Assembly: GCA_023412475.1 (NCBI GenBank)
Contig: JAEYNR010000039.1
Coordinates: 30,208-94,207 of the forward strand
Source of the DNA: Fibrobacterota bacterium
GTDB lineage: Bacteria > Fibrobacterota > Chitinivibrionia > Chitinivibrionales > Chitinispirillaceae
Length of the DNA stretch: 64,000 nucleotides
Direction of reading: 5' to 3'
Shown here one piece after another: positions 53,365 to 61,863 of this stretch (position 1 is its first letter; each line of letters opens with the position of its first letter). Both the position numbers and the translations under genes were made by a program. A model generated the notes under the pieces. It did no database searches. It saw only the letters and a list, made by a program, of their open reading frames with translations, and was not told where the DNA came from.

Positions 53365-53762
53365 TTGATTTTTTAAGGTAAGTTCTTTTATTGTACTGTG
53401 AATGCGGGTATAGATCATGGATTATCGTTATATGCGGTATTGGTGCGCTGAAGTTTTTGATGTATAGACAAATCCCAATAACTAAATATCAAATGGCAAA
53501 TAAGATAAAGCATGAAACCCGAAACGAGAAGGAGAAATGGGAAAAATAACTCACTGATAGAGTTTATCTACTTTGAAACACTCTTGTTCCTTGTTTAAGA
53601 TTTGGTAATTTATTGAGGATTTAAAAATTGTGATTGTAATTCCATCTGTGCTGCTTAATTCCCAGGTTGTTCGAAATATAGTCACATTTAACTGTTACAA
53701 AAATTATGAATAATTTAAAACAATCCACAAATACCTTTTACCATATTGGCATAAGATTTTTC

Positions 53763-54359
53763 TCAATTCGGTTTAAACTGATTAAGTATGGAGATGGCAG
53801 ATTTTTTGCCAAAGCCGCAAATACCTATACCAATAGAAATAGTGTTATCAGTATGGTATTCCTCAAAGGCTAATTTCACGCCGAATTCGAATTGTAACCC
53901 CAGATGTTCATTAATTGGCAACATTAAACCGGCTGAAAATGGAAACACGAACCTAGAAATGTTTTCAGAAAACTGAAAACCGGGAGATACCAACAGATAT
54001 GGATAAATGGCATTTGAAACCCCGACAAGCCCCAATTCTCCATTCAATTCGAAAAAATTAAAAAACTCATCGGTAATCGTGTAATTGAATCCTTCCCAAC
54101 TGATCCTTGGTCCCAGGCATAAATGTTCAAAAAGGAAAAAACGCACCGCAGAAGAAAGATTAATCTGATTAGCCCGTTCACTGTTATTATTTAAATAACG
54201 GTTCAGTTTTTTGTTTTCGTATTTGTATACGCGGCCAGTGGAAAGAAAACTGAATTCCCCGTTAACCCAGATATCACCAGTTTTGGCATCAAAACCAAAG
54301 ATTGTTACTAAAAAAGCAGTGAGCATTAAAAATGAAGCTTTTACAAAGCGATTACTCAT
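53763..54359 (-). CDS. Small outer-membrane beta-barrel protein (hypothetical)
   Basis: Start moved to the Met of MSNRFVKASFLMLTAFLVTIFG (signal peptide). Alternating hydrophobic/aromatic strands, and the C-terminal region ends ...LNQFKPN. Confidence 0.45.
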   Translation of the reverse strand: MSNRFVKASFLMLTAFLVTIFGFDAKTGDIWVNGEFSFLSTGRVYKYENKKLNRYLNNNSERANQINLSSAVRFFLFEHLCLGPRISWEGFNYTITDEFFNFFELNGELGLVGVSNAIYPYLLVSPGFQFSENISRFVFPFSAGLMLPINEHLGLQFEFGVKLAFEEYHTDNTISIGIGICGFGKKSAISILNQFKPN

Positions 54360-54534
54360 AATTACCCCTTTAATATTGTCGGTAAAAAATTCTTTGGTAA
54401 AAAACAACAACATCTAATCTACAGATTGCTTTGAGTTTAATCAAGGAAGAATCATTACTTACTGACGAGTTGAGGACCTTACAGGCAACTCTTCAAGGGG
54501 TTTGCGACGGCACATAGTGTTTCTCCTGGGCATG

Positions 54535-54582
54535 TTCATTTTCCTTTCAATTTTGAGTTTTACCGTTAAAAAGGAAAATGAA
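54535..54582. repeat. Perfect 13-bp inverted repeat (potential stem-loop) in a 350-bp spacer
   Basis: TTCATTTTCCTTT (54535-54547) / AAAGGAAAATGAA (54570-54582) with a 22-nt loop. Confidence 0.7.
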
Positions 54583-54766
54583 TCGGTTTAAGGGTCTATG
54601 CGTCACTTATCTCTGGTAGGAATTAATGGATTCAGTAGCCTCCGCCAATCGATTCCGGTTTTGACTTGAAAACCTGCCGGATAAAAACGGAATATGCACA
54701 AAAACAAGAATTAGCCACTTCTTGGTGGCAGTAATTTGACTGGCAGAGATAAATCATTACAGATCA

Positions 54767-55861
54767 TTACTGAATAAGGATTCTCTGATCACCGATTCTG
54801 GTTATTTGGCCACTTTGTCGCTTCACCAATAAGTCACCGGCTCTGGAAATTTTACCGAAAACATACTCAATTTTAAAGTCATTTATGCTTTGAATGTTAT
54901 CGAAGAAATAATTGAAGCGGTATGTGTCGATGGAATCGATACGACCGAAAAAACAGGTGACAATTTTTCCTCCGATCACCGGCTGGCATCTGTATCCAAT
55001 CGATGCAGCAATTGCACAGTTTATTATTGAATAAAGCTGCAGATATCGTACAGGAATGTTTTTTTCTGACATAATTCTATTTTCAATGTAAAGTCTCAAA
55101 ATATTATGGAGAGAAATAAAACCAGGAAGTGTTTTCTGCCTTTGCAGATACTCTTTACGTTCATAATAGGTGAGGTTTCTATAATTTCGGTTAAGAAGAG
55201 GTTTTTCTAAATCTCTAATGTGGCCTATTGAAATAATTTTCTCCGAATCATAGCTGATTTTCAGACCGTCAATTTTAACCACCTTGTCAGCGCAGTATTC
55301 GATTATGGCATTTCCGATCCGAATTACACGATCAAATTCATAAGTAATCGAAATCGTGTCGATTTGAGTAACTAATCCATCGGAGGAATATTTTATTCTG
55401 TCGTTACCATAGAAATGAATTTTGTTTATTGTCCTGGTTATGCTCAGTATCTTGCTTACAACCTGGTGCATGGCAAGGTATTTATTTAAAGAATCGCTCT
55501 TGCTCATGTTTTTATTCAAGTAAAGATAAAGGCACCACTGAACGTCGCTTAGATACAGAATAGCAGGTTGTCTGCGGAAAAATCCCTCCAGGTCCCGTTG
55601 TGATACCGAAAAAAGGGTCTGGTGGGTCTTGTAAATTGGCGATTTAAGAAAGGATTTGTAAGAGGAGAGTATCCCGAAAGAATCTATATGGCAGTCAAAA
55701 GATTTGTCTGGGGAAAAATCATTTTCCAGATTTTCGAAAATTGATATTCTGCTATTCGGGAAATTAGAACTGAGATTCAGGGAAATCTCTATATCTGCTG
55801 AAGAGAACCCGATCATGCAGAAAAGAAGCACACAAAGAGGTATTTCCTGTCTTTTTTTCAT
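54767..55861 (-). CDS. Hypothetical secreted protein with short internal repeats
   Basis: Start set at MKKRQEIPLCVLLFCMIGFSSA (signal peptide). Repeats of about 12 aa of the type [IV]-x-[YF]-x(3)-D-[RK]-[IV]-x(2)-IG (ITYEFDRVIRIGNAIIEYCADKVVKIDGLKISYDSEKIISIG; KIEYVFGKISRAGD...QITRIGD). No family recognised. Confidence 0.45.
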   Translation of the reverse strand: MKKRQEIPLCVLLFCMIGFSSADIEISLNLSSNFPNSRISIFENLENDFSPDKSFDCHIDSFGILSSYKSFLKSPIYKTHQTLFSVSQRDLEGFFRRQPAILYLSDVQWCLYLYLNKNMSKSDSLNKYLAMHQVVSKILSITRTINKIHFYGNDRIKYSSDGLVTQIDTISITYEFDRVIRIGNAIIEYCADKVVKIDGLKISYDSEKIISIGHIRDLEKPLLNRNYRNLTYYERKEYLQRQKTLPGFISLHNILRLYIENRIMSEKNIPVRYLQLYSIINCAIAASIGYRCQPVIGGKIVTCFFGRIDSIDTYRFNYFFDNIQSINDFKIEYVFGKISRAGDLLVKRQSGQITRIGDQRILIQ

Positions 55862-56074
55862 AATCTTATTCTCCAGGAGAGAGCTATGATAAAGAAACAG
55901 CAAGAATCTCTCCGGAAGAGCTTGATTTACATGAAATTAACCCGAATCTACAGGGGATGATTCATCACCCAAAGCATAAAAGACAACTTGAGATTATTGT
56001 GATCCAAAAGGCAGATTACCGGTTCTCTGGGTTCTTTTTTGGTTCCCGACGGAGCATATTTTTATCCCTGAATG

Positions 56075-56225
56075 TCGTTTAGCTGTTGCCCGGCCTCGTT
56101 TTTCAGCTGCCCGGGCTCGATTAGCTTTGCCCGGATATGCAATGAAATCCCCGGCCTCGTTTATCTGTTGCCCCGGCTCGTTTATTAGTTGCCCGCCCTC
56201 GTTTATCAGTTCCCCGGGCTTCGGG
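56075..56225. repeat. GC-rich 21-bp tandem repeat array (about 7 units, one pair decayed)
   Basis: Units are TCGTTTAGCTGTTGCCCGGCC / TCGTTTTTCAGCTGCCCGGGC / TCGATTAGCTTTGCCCGGATATGCAATGAAATCCCCGGCC (40 nt, 2 decayed units) / TCGTTTATCTGTTGCCCCGGC / TCGTTTATTAGTTGCCCGCCC / TCGTTTATCAGTTCCCCGGGCT. The array is intergenic, about 350 bp upstream of the GH5 gene. Confidence 0.85.
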
Positions 56226-56575
56226 ACAGCAATTTTTCCCTCCAGGGGGTCTTTCCAGAGTAGAAATTATCCTGAATTGGTTAATAGCCATGCTATAAAT
56301 ACTGCTATTACCTACCGGTAGAAGGGATCAAACAGCGGTTATGCAACTAGTTTAAACTTATGCAGCCAAATTCTGACTATTGCAAAATATTGACTTGAAA
56401 ACAAGGGACTATAACAAAATATTGGTGCCACATAATAATTAATCTCTTATATTAATAGTTCAAAAGTTCAAAATTTTTGTTGGTTTTGTATAAGCCTTGA
56501 ATCTCTTAGGGACAGGCTATTATCCTGTTAATATTTTCAATCGTTTAATAATGATTATCACTTATGGAGTAATGG

Positions 56576-58282
56576 ATGCTCTCTTCTATAGCTAAAGTTT
56601 TTTCTGTTCTTTTAATCAGTGTTTTTCCTCTTTTTGCCCTTAGTCCGGTGGCCACTCATGGCACTCTGAAAGCATCTCAGGAAAAAATTATCGGCGCTAA
56701 AGATAATGAGTCGGTTCAATTAGCCGGGATGAGTCTATTCTGGTCTCTTTGGGAAGGGGAAAAGTTTTACAATAAAAAAATTGTCAACTGGTTAGTACAG
56801 GACTGGAATATCACAGTGATTCGGGCGGCAATGGGAGTTGGGGTTCTTGGAGGATACGATTCTGAAGATGTTAATACCTCCAGTGCTCACGTGAACCGGG
56901 TGAAAACTATCGTAGATGCTGCTATCGCTAATGGTATCTATGTAATTGTGGATTATCATGCTCATAATGCCAACACCAATATCAGTAAAGCCAAAACATT
57001 CTTTTCAGAAATGGCTCAGGAATATGGAAGCTATCCCAATGTAATCTGGGAAATCTGGAATGAACCGGATATGGAAAATGGTACCGGGCCCGATGGCATG
57101 GATAGCTGGGGTGATATCAGAAATTATGCATCTGAAGTCATCCCGGTTATTCGTCAGCACAGTGATAATTTAATCGTAGTGGGAACGCCTAGCTGGTCTC
57201 AGGCAGTTGATTCAGCGGCACTTAACCCCATCAAGGATTCCAATGTAGCTTATGCTCTCCATTTTTACGCTGGTACTCATAAAGACAGCCTTCGTGAAAT
57301 CGCTCAAGGTGCACTCGATCTTGGCGCCCCTCTTTTTATTACTGAATTCGGAATGTCCATTGCCGATGGTGGAAGTGATGGATTAATCGATTCGATTGAA
57401 ACGAAAACCTGGTTGGACTGGGCTGATTCCAACAAAATCAGTTGGGTTAACTGGAGTATTGTTGATAAGGGGGAGTCGTCTGCAGCTCTGATTCCAGGTG
57501 CTTCTACAGAAGGAGATTGGGCTGAAGAAGTTATTAGTGAATCAGGAAAATGGATCAGAAACCGCCTGTGTGCCAGACCGGCTTATGAGTATACTGATAT
57601 TATCCCGGTGGATGGCAAATCGCTTCCTGGAATAATAGAAGCAGAATCATTAACCGCGAAAAGTGAAGAGTTGAAGCTGGAACAAACCTCAGATGTGGGC
57701 GCAGGAGAGAATCTTTCCTACACCACCAATGGGTCCTGGGCTGAATATACAGTTAATGTGAGGATTGCAGGTGAATATACCGCAAGATTGAGAGTAGCTG
57801 CAGATGAAAGCTTTGGCGGAACTATCAGTTTAAAATTCAACGACGCCAGGGTCGCATCCTGGGATATCGGCAGCACAGGTGGATGGCAGAGCTGGGTCAC
57901 TTCCGATAGTTGTCAGAAAATTTTCCTTCCCAAAGGAGAGGCGAAATTACGGATTGAATGGAGCGGAACTGCTTCGAGCCTGATTAACCTAAACTGGATT
58001 GATTTCAAGCAGGTACAGGAACCGATTTCTATCAAAAATCATAAGTCCCATTTAAACAATGGTTTACCGGAATTTCGTATAAATAATGGAGTTCTCTCTT
58101 TTTATGTTTCCAAAGAACTTATTGGGGTTACGATGCTGTCTGCATCCGGAAGAGTTCTTTATAGTAGAACTGTAAAAAGTGGAATGGTTGAGATGCCGCT
58201 GGGAAGAGGCCTGCACTTTCTGAGGTTGAAAAAACGTAATGGTTTGTGTGAAACAGTTAAAATCATCGGAACTGGAAAATAG
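56576..58282 (+). CDS. GH5 endoglucanase (cellulase) - CBM6 - T9SS C-terminal sorting domain
   Basis: Signal peptide. GH5 acid/base IWEIWNEPD and nucleophile LFITEFG. CBM6-like block (IIEAESL...NGSWAEYTVNV..AGEYTARLRVA...GGWQSWVT...). The last ~80 aa (VLSFYVS...GRVLYSRTV...GLHFLRLKKRNGLCETVKII) resemble a Por/T9SS CTD. Confidence 0.9.
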   Translation: MLSSIAKVFSVLLISVFPLFALSPVATHGTLKASQEKIIGAKDNESVQLAGMSLFWSLWEGEKFYNKKIVNWLVQDWNITVIRAAMGVGVLGGYDSEDVNTSSAHVNRVKTIVDAAIANGIYVIVDYHAHNANTNISKAKTFFSEMAQEYGSYPNVIWEIWNEPDMENGTGPDGMDSWGDIRNYASEVIPVIRQHSDNLIVVGTPSWSQAVDSAALNPIKDSNVAYALHFYAGTHKDSLREIAQGALDLGAPLFITEFGMSIADGGSDGLIDSIETKTWLDWADSNKISWVNWSIVDKGESSAALIPGASTEGDWAEEVISESGKWIRNRLCARPAYEYTDIIPVDGKSLPGIIEAESLTAKSEELKLEQTSDVGAGENLSYTTNGSWAEYTVNVRIAGEYTARLRVAADESFGGTISLKFNDARVASWDIGSTGGWQSWVTSDSCQKIFLPKGEAKLRIEWSGTASSLINLNWIDFKQVQEPISIKNHKSHLNNGLPEFRINNGVLSFYVSKELIGVTMLSASGRVLYSRTVKSGMVEMPLGRGLHFLRLKKRNGLCETVKIIGTGK

Positions 58283-58383
58283 GTTACTGTCTGAAGAAAG
58301 GGATCGGTCAGAATATGAAAACTGAGCTTAAAGCCGCTTTGTGGGTAGCAGTAATTTCCACCATTACTCTGGGAGGTGAGTCG

Positions 58384-58848
58384 ATGCTCAATATTAATAG
58401 TGATGCACCTGAATTTTCACTTTTGGCTCAGGATGGCTCGACGGTGCGACTAAGCGATTTCAGAGAAAAAAACAGTGTCGTCCTGATTTTCTATCCTGGT
58501 GATGAGACTCCGGTCTGTACACAGCAGCTCTGTGAGATCAGGGATGATTACTCTTCTTTTTCAAATAAGGGCGCAGTTGTTTTTGGAATCAATCCGGGCT
58601 CAGAAAAATCGCACCAGAAGTTTGCCCAGAAAAATAACTTCCAGTTTAAGCTTCTGATCGATAAAAAGGGTGATGTTGCAAAAAAATACAAAACTAGAGG
58701 TATACTCATGAATCAACGCACCGTGTATGTGATAAATCCTCAGGGAAAAGTAGTTTATGCCCAAAGAGGAAAACCTTCGGTCTCAGAGATTCTTGCCAGC
58801 ATTCCATCTGAGGATTCGAATGATGAAAAGTTTCCAACTCAGAAATGA
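58384..58848 (+). CDS. bcp: Thiol peroxidase / peroxiredoxin Bcp (AhpC/TSA family)
   Basis: PGDETPVCTQQLCE peroxidatic-Cys motif. I prefer ATG 58384 (GGAGG at 58372-58376, 7-nt spacing, 154-aa product) over the track's 58315. Confidence 0.85.
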   Translation: MLNINSDAPEFSLLAQDGSTVRLSDFREKNSVVLIFYPGDETPVCTQQLCEIRDDYSSFSNKGAVVFGINPGSEKSHQKFAQKNNFQFKLLIDKKGDVAKKYKTRGILMNQRTVYVINPQGKVVYAQRGKPSVSEILASIPSEDSNDEKFPTQK

Positions 58849-58874
58849 AGATTAATTAAAACTGGTACCTACAA

Positions 58875-58902
58875 GGGCGGCTTCACGCCCGTACTTCTTT
58901 TT
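58875..58902 (+). terminator. Probable intrinsic terminator after bcp
   Basis: GGGCG-GCTTCA-CGCCC hairpin followed by the T-rich GTACTTCTTTTT. Confidence 0.5.
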
Positions 58903-59091
58903 CGACAGAACCTCTCTATTTGGCCTTTAATTTGTAGTATATAAAAATTAAAACTTAAAATACAGTTAATTGAATCATTTAAACAGATCAGTTATTGGCG
59001 GGTAGGCAAGTTACCGAATTTTTAAGAGAAGAATAAAAGTGTCAGGATTTTTAAAGCAACTGGGACAACCTAACAGACAGGTGGGCTGATT

Positions 59092-59457
59092 ATGATTCAG
59101 AAACTTGATTGGAGTAAGGGAAAAATATTTGCTTATGAAGCCTGTGGGAAAATAAGTAAAGAGGAGAATGTTCAAATCTATTCCGAACTTAGAGACGCAA
59201 TAAGGCAATATGGAAAGGTACGATTATTTGTTCTTTTGCCAAAGATTGCATGGCCCGATCCACGAGCTCTTGGTGTCCGATTCTCTTTTGTCAGAGAACA
59301 TTTGTTCGATATTGAACGCTATGCAGTTGTTTCAGACAATCCCATTATCGCCTTGATATTACGGTTGTTAAGCATTATCCCAGGGTTTAAATATCGTCAT
59401 TACAGTATTGACGATCAGTTACTGGCTAAAACCTGGGTAGAAGCAAAACATGTTTAA
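59092..59457 (+). CDS. STAS/SpoIIAA-like (DUF3478-type) small protein
   Basis: 121 aa. The pattern G.I...E.......L...I...GKVRLFV.L......D..A......F...H....ERYAVV.D is as recalled for SpoIIAA-like DUF3478. By-eye call. Confidence 0.55.
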   Translation: MIQKLDWSKGKIFAYEACGKISKEENVQIYSELRDAIRQYGKVRLFVLLPKIAWPDPRALGVRFSFVREHLFDIERYAVVSDNPIIALILRLLSIIPGFKYRHYSIDDQLLAKTWVEAKHV

Positions 59458-59593
59458 TTGGTAGATCAGTCATTTTACGATGCTCTTGATTATAAGATTT
59501 TAAAATGATTTAGATCTTTAAAGCTGGAAAAATCAATAGGTAGCAGCTAAAAAACAGTCTATAAACGTTTAAAAATTCAGCAGTTAGTGTCGA

Positions 59594-60226
59594 TCAGTGG
59601 CTGCTCTTACTTATCGCATCCACAAAACTTTTATCGTTTAGCAGATTATAGAGTGCATTAATCAGGGAATTACTCATACATTCTGAGACGCCATTGGATC
59701 CAGGAGGGATGATATAGAGCTCTGAATGTCCCTGAATTCTTCCTTCCCACACGGTCAAATCATCTCTGTTACAGGATAAGCTCATGCTGATTTCTCCAGT
59801 CATAGTAATACTCTGTTGGATCGAAAAACTGGTCAGCTCTCCTTCAAAAGAATATGCTCCATTTCTGGCCACAGGTTTTAGTCCCAGAAACTGGCATCCT
59901 TTGAGTAGGTTTTTTGAACACCAGTCAGCTATATCGGTTTTGGGGATAGCTGCAATGGGCTGGCCATTGTAAATAATGGTGCCTATAGTTTCTTTGTTTA
60001 ATCTGGAGTCGCTTAAAGGTTTAATCCCTATGTCCACATTTTTGAATACAGAAAGAGATTCGACTATGAAATCTTCTTTTAGTACATTTGGGTTCCATGA
60101 AATGGATACATTTCCTTTTGATGGAATAGAAGAGTTGGTTTTTTCGGAGACATCTATTTTTTTACTGGTTGAGGAACAATGGATGAAAATAAATACTGAT
60201 AATATGTGAAGAATTGAAAATCGCAT
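59594..60226 (-). CDS. Putative lipoprotein (hypothetical)
   Basis: Lipobox VFIFIHC|SS after a signal peptide. No confident family. Confidence 0.5.
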   Translation of the reverse strand: MRFSILHILSVFIFIHCSSTSKKIDVSEKTNSSIPSKGNVSISWNPNVLKEDFIVESLSVFKNVDIGIKPLSDSRLNKETIGTIIYNGQPIAAIPKTDIADWCSKNLLKGCQFLGLKPVARNGAYSFEGELTSFSIQQSITMTGEISMSLSCNRDDLTVWEGRIQGHSELYIIPPGSNGVSECMSNSLINALYNLLNDKSFVDAISKSSH

Positions 60227-60425
60227 CTTAGTACTCCGGATTTTTAGTTAAAAATAGAAAATAACATCTGGCTTAAAGTTAGTTTTGCAAAAATACTAAG
60301 CTTGAGCATTATAAGAGAGCTTTCTTTGAGGTTTTCTGTGCATTGGTATTATCATTTGGCATGATACTTGGAGTTTTATAAAACAGGACAAAGCAACAAC
60401 TTTCCCCCCTGAAAAGGAGAAAGCA

Positions 60426-60617
60426 ATGAGAAAGAATGGTACGCCTGAGAAGGTCAGTAAGGAAAAAACAGCAGTGCATCAAAGGGTCGAGATGCACATA
60501 CCGTTTCTGGCTGGTCGGCCACCAAGAGAATCCAACATCACTCATGACGACTGCACCAATTTACAGATTGCTTTTTACACCAGCAGAACTTTGGATGAAT
60601 TTCTCGAGGTGACTTGA
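60426..60617 (+). CDS. Hypothetical small protein (63 aa)
   Basis: Strong SD (AAAAGGAGAAAGCA-ATG). It contains a GRPPRE..IT..D segment reminiscent of HTH N-termini of resolvase/IS630-type proteins, but this is very tentative. The overlapping antisense ORF 60309-60545 looks non-protein-like. Confidence 0.3.
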   Translation: MRKNGTPEKVSKEKTAVHQRVEMHIPFLAGRPPRESNITHDDCTNLQIAFYTSRTLDEFLEVT

Positions 60618-60682
60618 ATGATTGAGAGAGAGCTGAGGTATTCAGCTTCACTCTTTTTTACCACCTTATCTTGTATTTAGTT

Positions 60683-60730
60683 CAGGTCAAATGTTTCAGT
60701 CAGGACCCGAGACTGAGATAACTTGACCTG
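60683..60730. terminator. Nested stem-loop downstream of pilT (likely terminator)
   Basis: Outer stem CAGGTCAA / TTGACCTG (8 bp) and inner stem TCAGTC / GACTGA (6 bp). It begins about 30 nt after the pilT stop. There is no clean U-tract. Confidence 0.5.
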
Positions 60731-60759
60731 CTGTTAATAAATCTGATGCGATAAGAGAA

Positions 60760-61863
60760 TCAACTGGTTATCATCCAGCGCCGGTCCGAAGTACCCTGTA
60801 CCCCCCTAACCTGCAGTTCAAAATCATCGGGATTACTGGCGTAAATTTTAGCTGTCTGCAAAGTTATCAGCTCATCCTGATACAAACTGAGCAGTGACTG
60901 ATCAAACGTTTGAGACCCATACTGATTGTAACCTTCGGAGATAGCCTGGTTAATCAGATTGTTTTTTTCCGGGTTCAATATCAGCTCTGCAATGTTTCCG
61001 TTATTAATCAGGATTTCTGTAGCAGGGACCTGTCCGGAACCATCCCTGCGTGGAAGCAGACGCAAAGAGATTACAGCCACCAGGACATTGGACAGCAGAA
61101 GACGGATTTGATCGTGCTGATGCGGGGGAAAAAAAGAGATTATTCTGGAAATGGTTTCCACAGTATTCATGGTGTGAAGAGTGCTCATTACCAGATGTCC
61201 GGTATCTGCAGCACTCAATGCTGTTTCTATGGTTTCACGATCTCTGATTTCGCCAATGAGAATGATATCAGGGTCTTGTCGGAATGAAGCTCTGAGGGCG
61301 TTGGCAAATGAGCTGGTATCGCTTCCCAGTTCCCGTTGAGCTATAATGCTTTTTTTATCTTTATACAAAAACTCTATCGGATCTTCAATGGTTATGATAT
61401 TGGATGAGCTATTTTCATTGATATGATCTACCATGGATGCCAGAAGAGTGGATTTTCCGCTTCCGGTTGTACCAGTTACCAGTATCAAACCTCTGCGAGC
61501 CATGGCAATGTCCAGAATTATCTGAGGAAGCAAAAGATCGGAAAAATTAGGGATCTGTGTCTGAATTGATCGAATGGCCATGGAAGCAGTTCCCCGCTGA
61601 CGATAAGCATTGATTCTGAACCTGCCAATACCTTTTACTCCTATGGCAAAATCCAGTTCATTTTTCGTGGTGTAGGCAGCATATTGATCGGCAGTCATCA
61701 GGGTCTGAACCATCTGTTCCATTTCGCTGGCTCTTATAGTGTCCATCTGAAACCGTACCAGTTTTCCATAGATACGGAATACAGGCTGAACCCCCACACG
61801 AAGATGCAGGTCGGAAGCGTTATTGTCGAACATCATTTTAAAAAGATTCTGGATCGGGATCAT
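60760..61863 (-). CDS. pilT: Type IV pilus retraction ATPase PilT
   Basis: ASDLHLRVGVQP, Walker A GTTGSGKSTLLASMV, IITIEDPIEF, and FRQDPDIILIGEIRD. Confidence 0.92.
   Translation of the reverse strand: MIPIQNLFKMMFDNNASDLHLRVGVQPVFRIYGKLVRFQMDTIRASEMEQMVQTLMTADQYAAYTTKNELDFAIGVKGIGRFRINAYRQRGTASMAIRSIQTQIPNFSDLLLPQIILDIAMARRGLILVTGTTGSGKSTLLASMVDHINENSSSNIITIEDPIEFLYKDKKSIIAQRELGSDTSSFANALRASFRQDPDIILIGEIRDRETIETALSAADTGHLVMSTLHTMNTVETISRIISFFPPHQHDQIRLLLSNVLVAVISLRLLPRRDGSGQVPATEILINNGNIAELILNPEKNNLINQAISEGYNQYGSQTFDQSLLSLYQDELITLQTAKIYASNPDDFELQVRGVQGTSDRRWMITS

Noticed and set aside
56075-56225. The repeat array could be a CRISPR locus.
   Set aside because: The units abut directly with no unique spacers, the period is 21 bp, there are no cas genes, and the repeats are degenerate.
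56127-56321. A 64-aa ORF in the track (MPGYAMKSPASFICCPGSFISCPPSFISS...).
   Set aside because: It is simply the 21-bp tandem repeat read in frame as 7-aa repeats. It has no RBS and an implausible composition. The longer open frame upstream lacks any start codon, and the opposite strand likewise has no start.
56884-56899. A CACGTGAA core inside the cellulase gene could be a third parS.
   Set aside because: Only about 10/16 positions match the parS palindrome, and the flanking half-sites are not conserved.
60309-60545. A 78-aa minus-strand ORF lies between the lipoprotein gene and pilT.
   Set aside because: It has a Cys/Phe/Leu-rich implausible sequence and no RBS. It overlaps the plus-strand 63-aa ORF, which does have a strong SD. 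Neither is confidently a gene.
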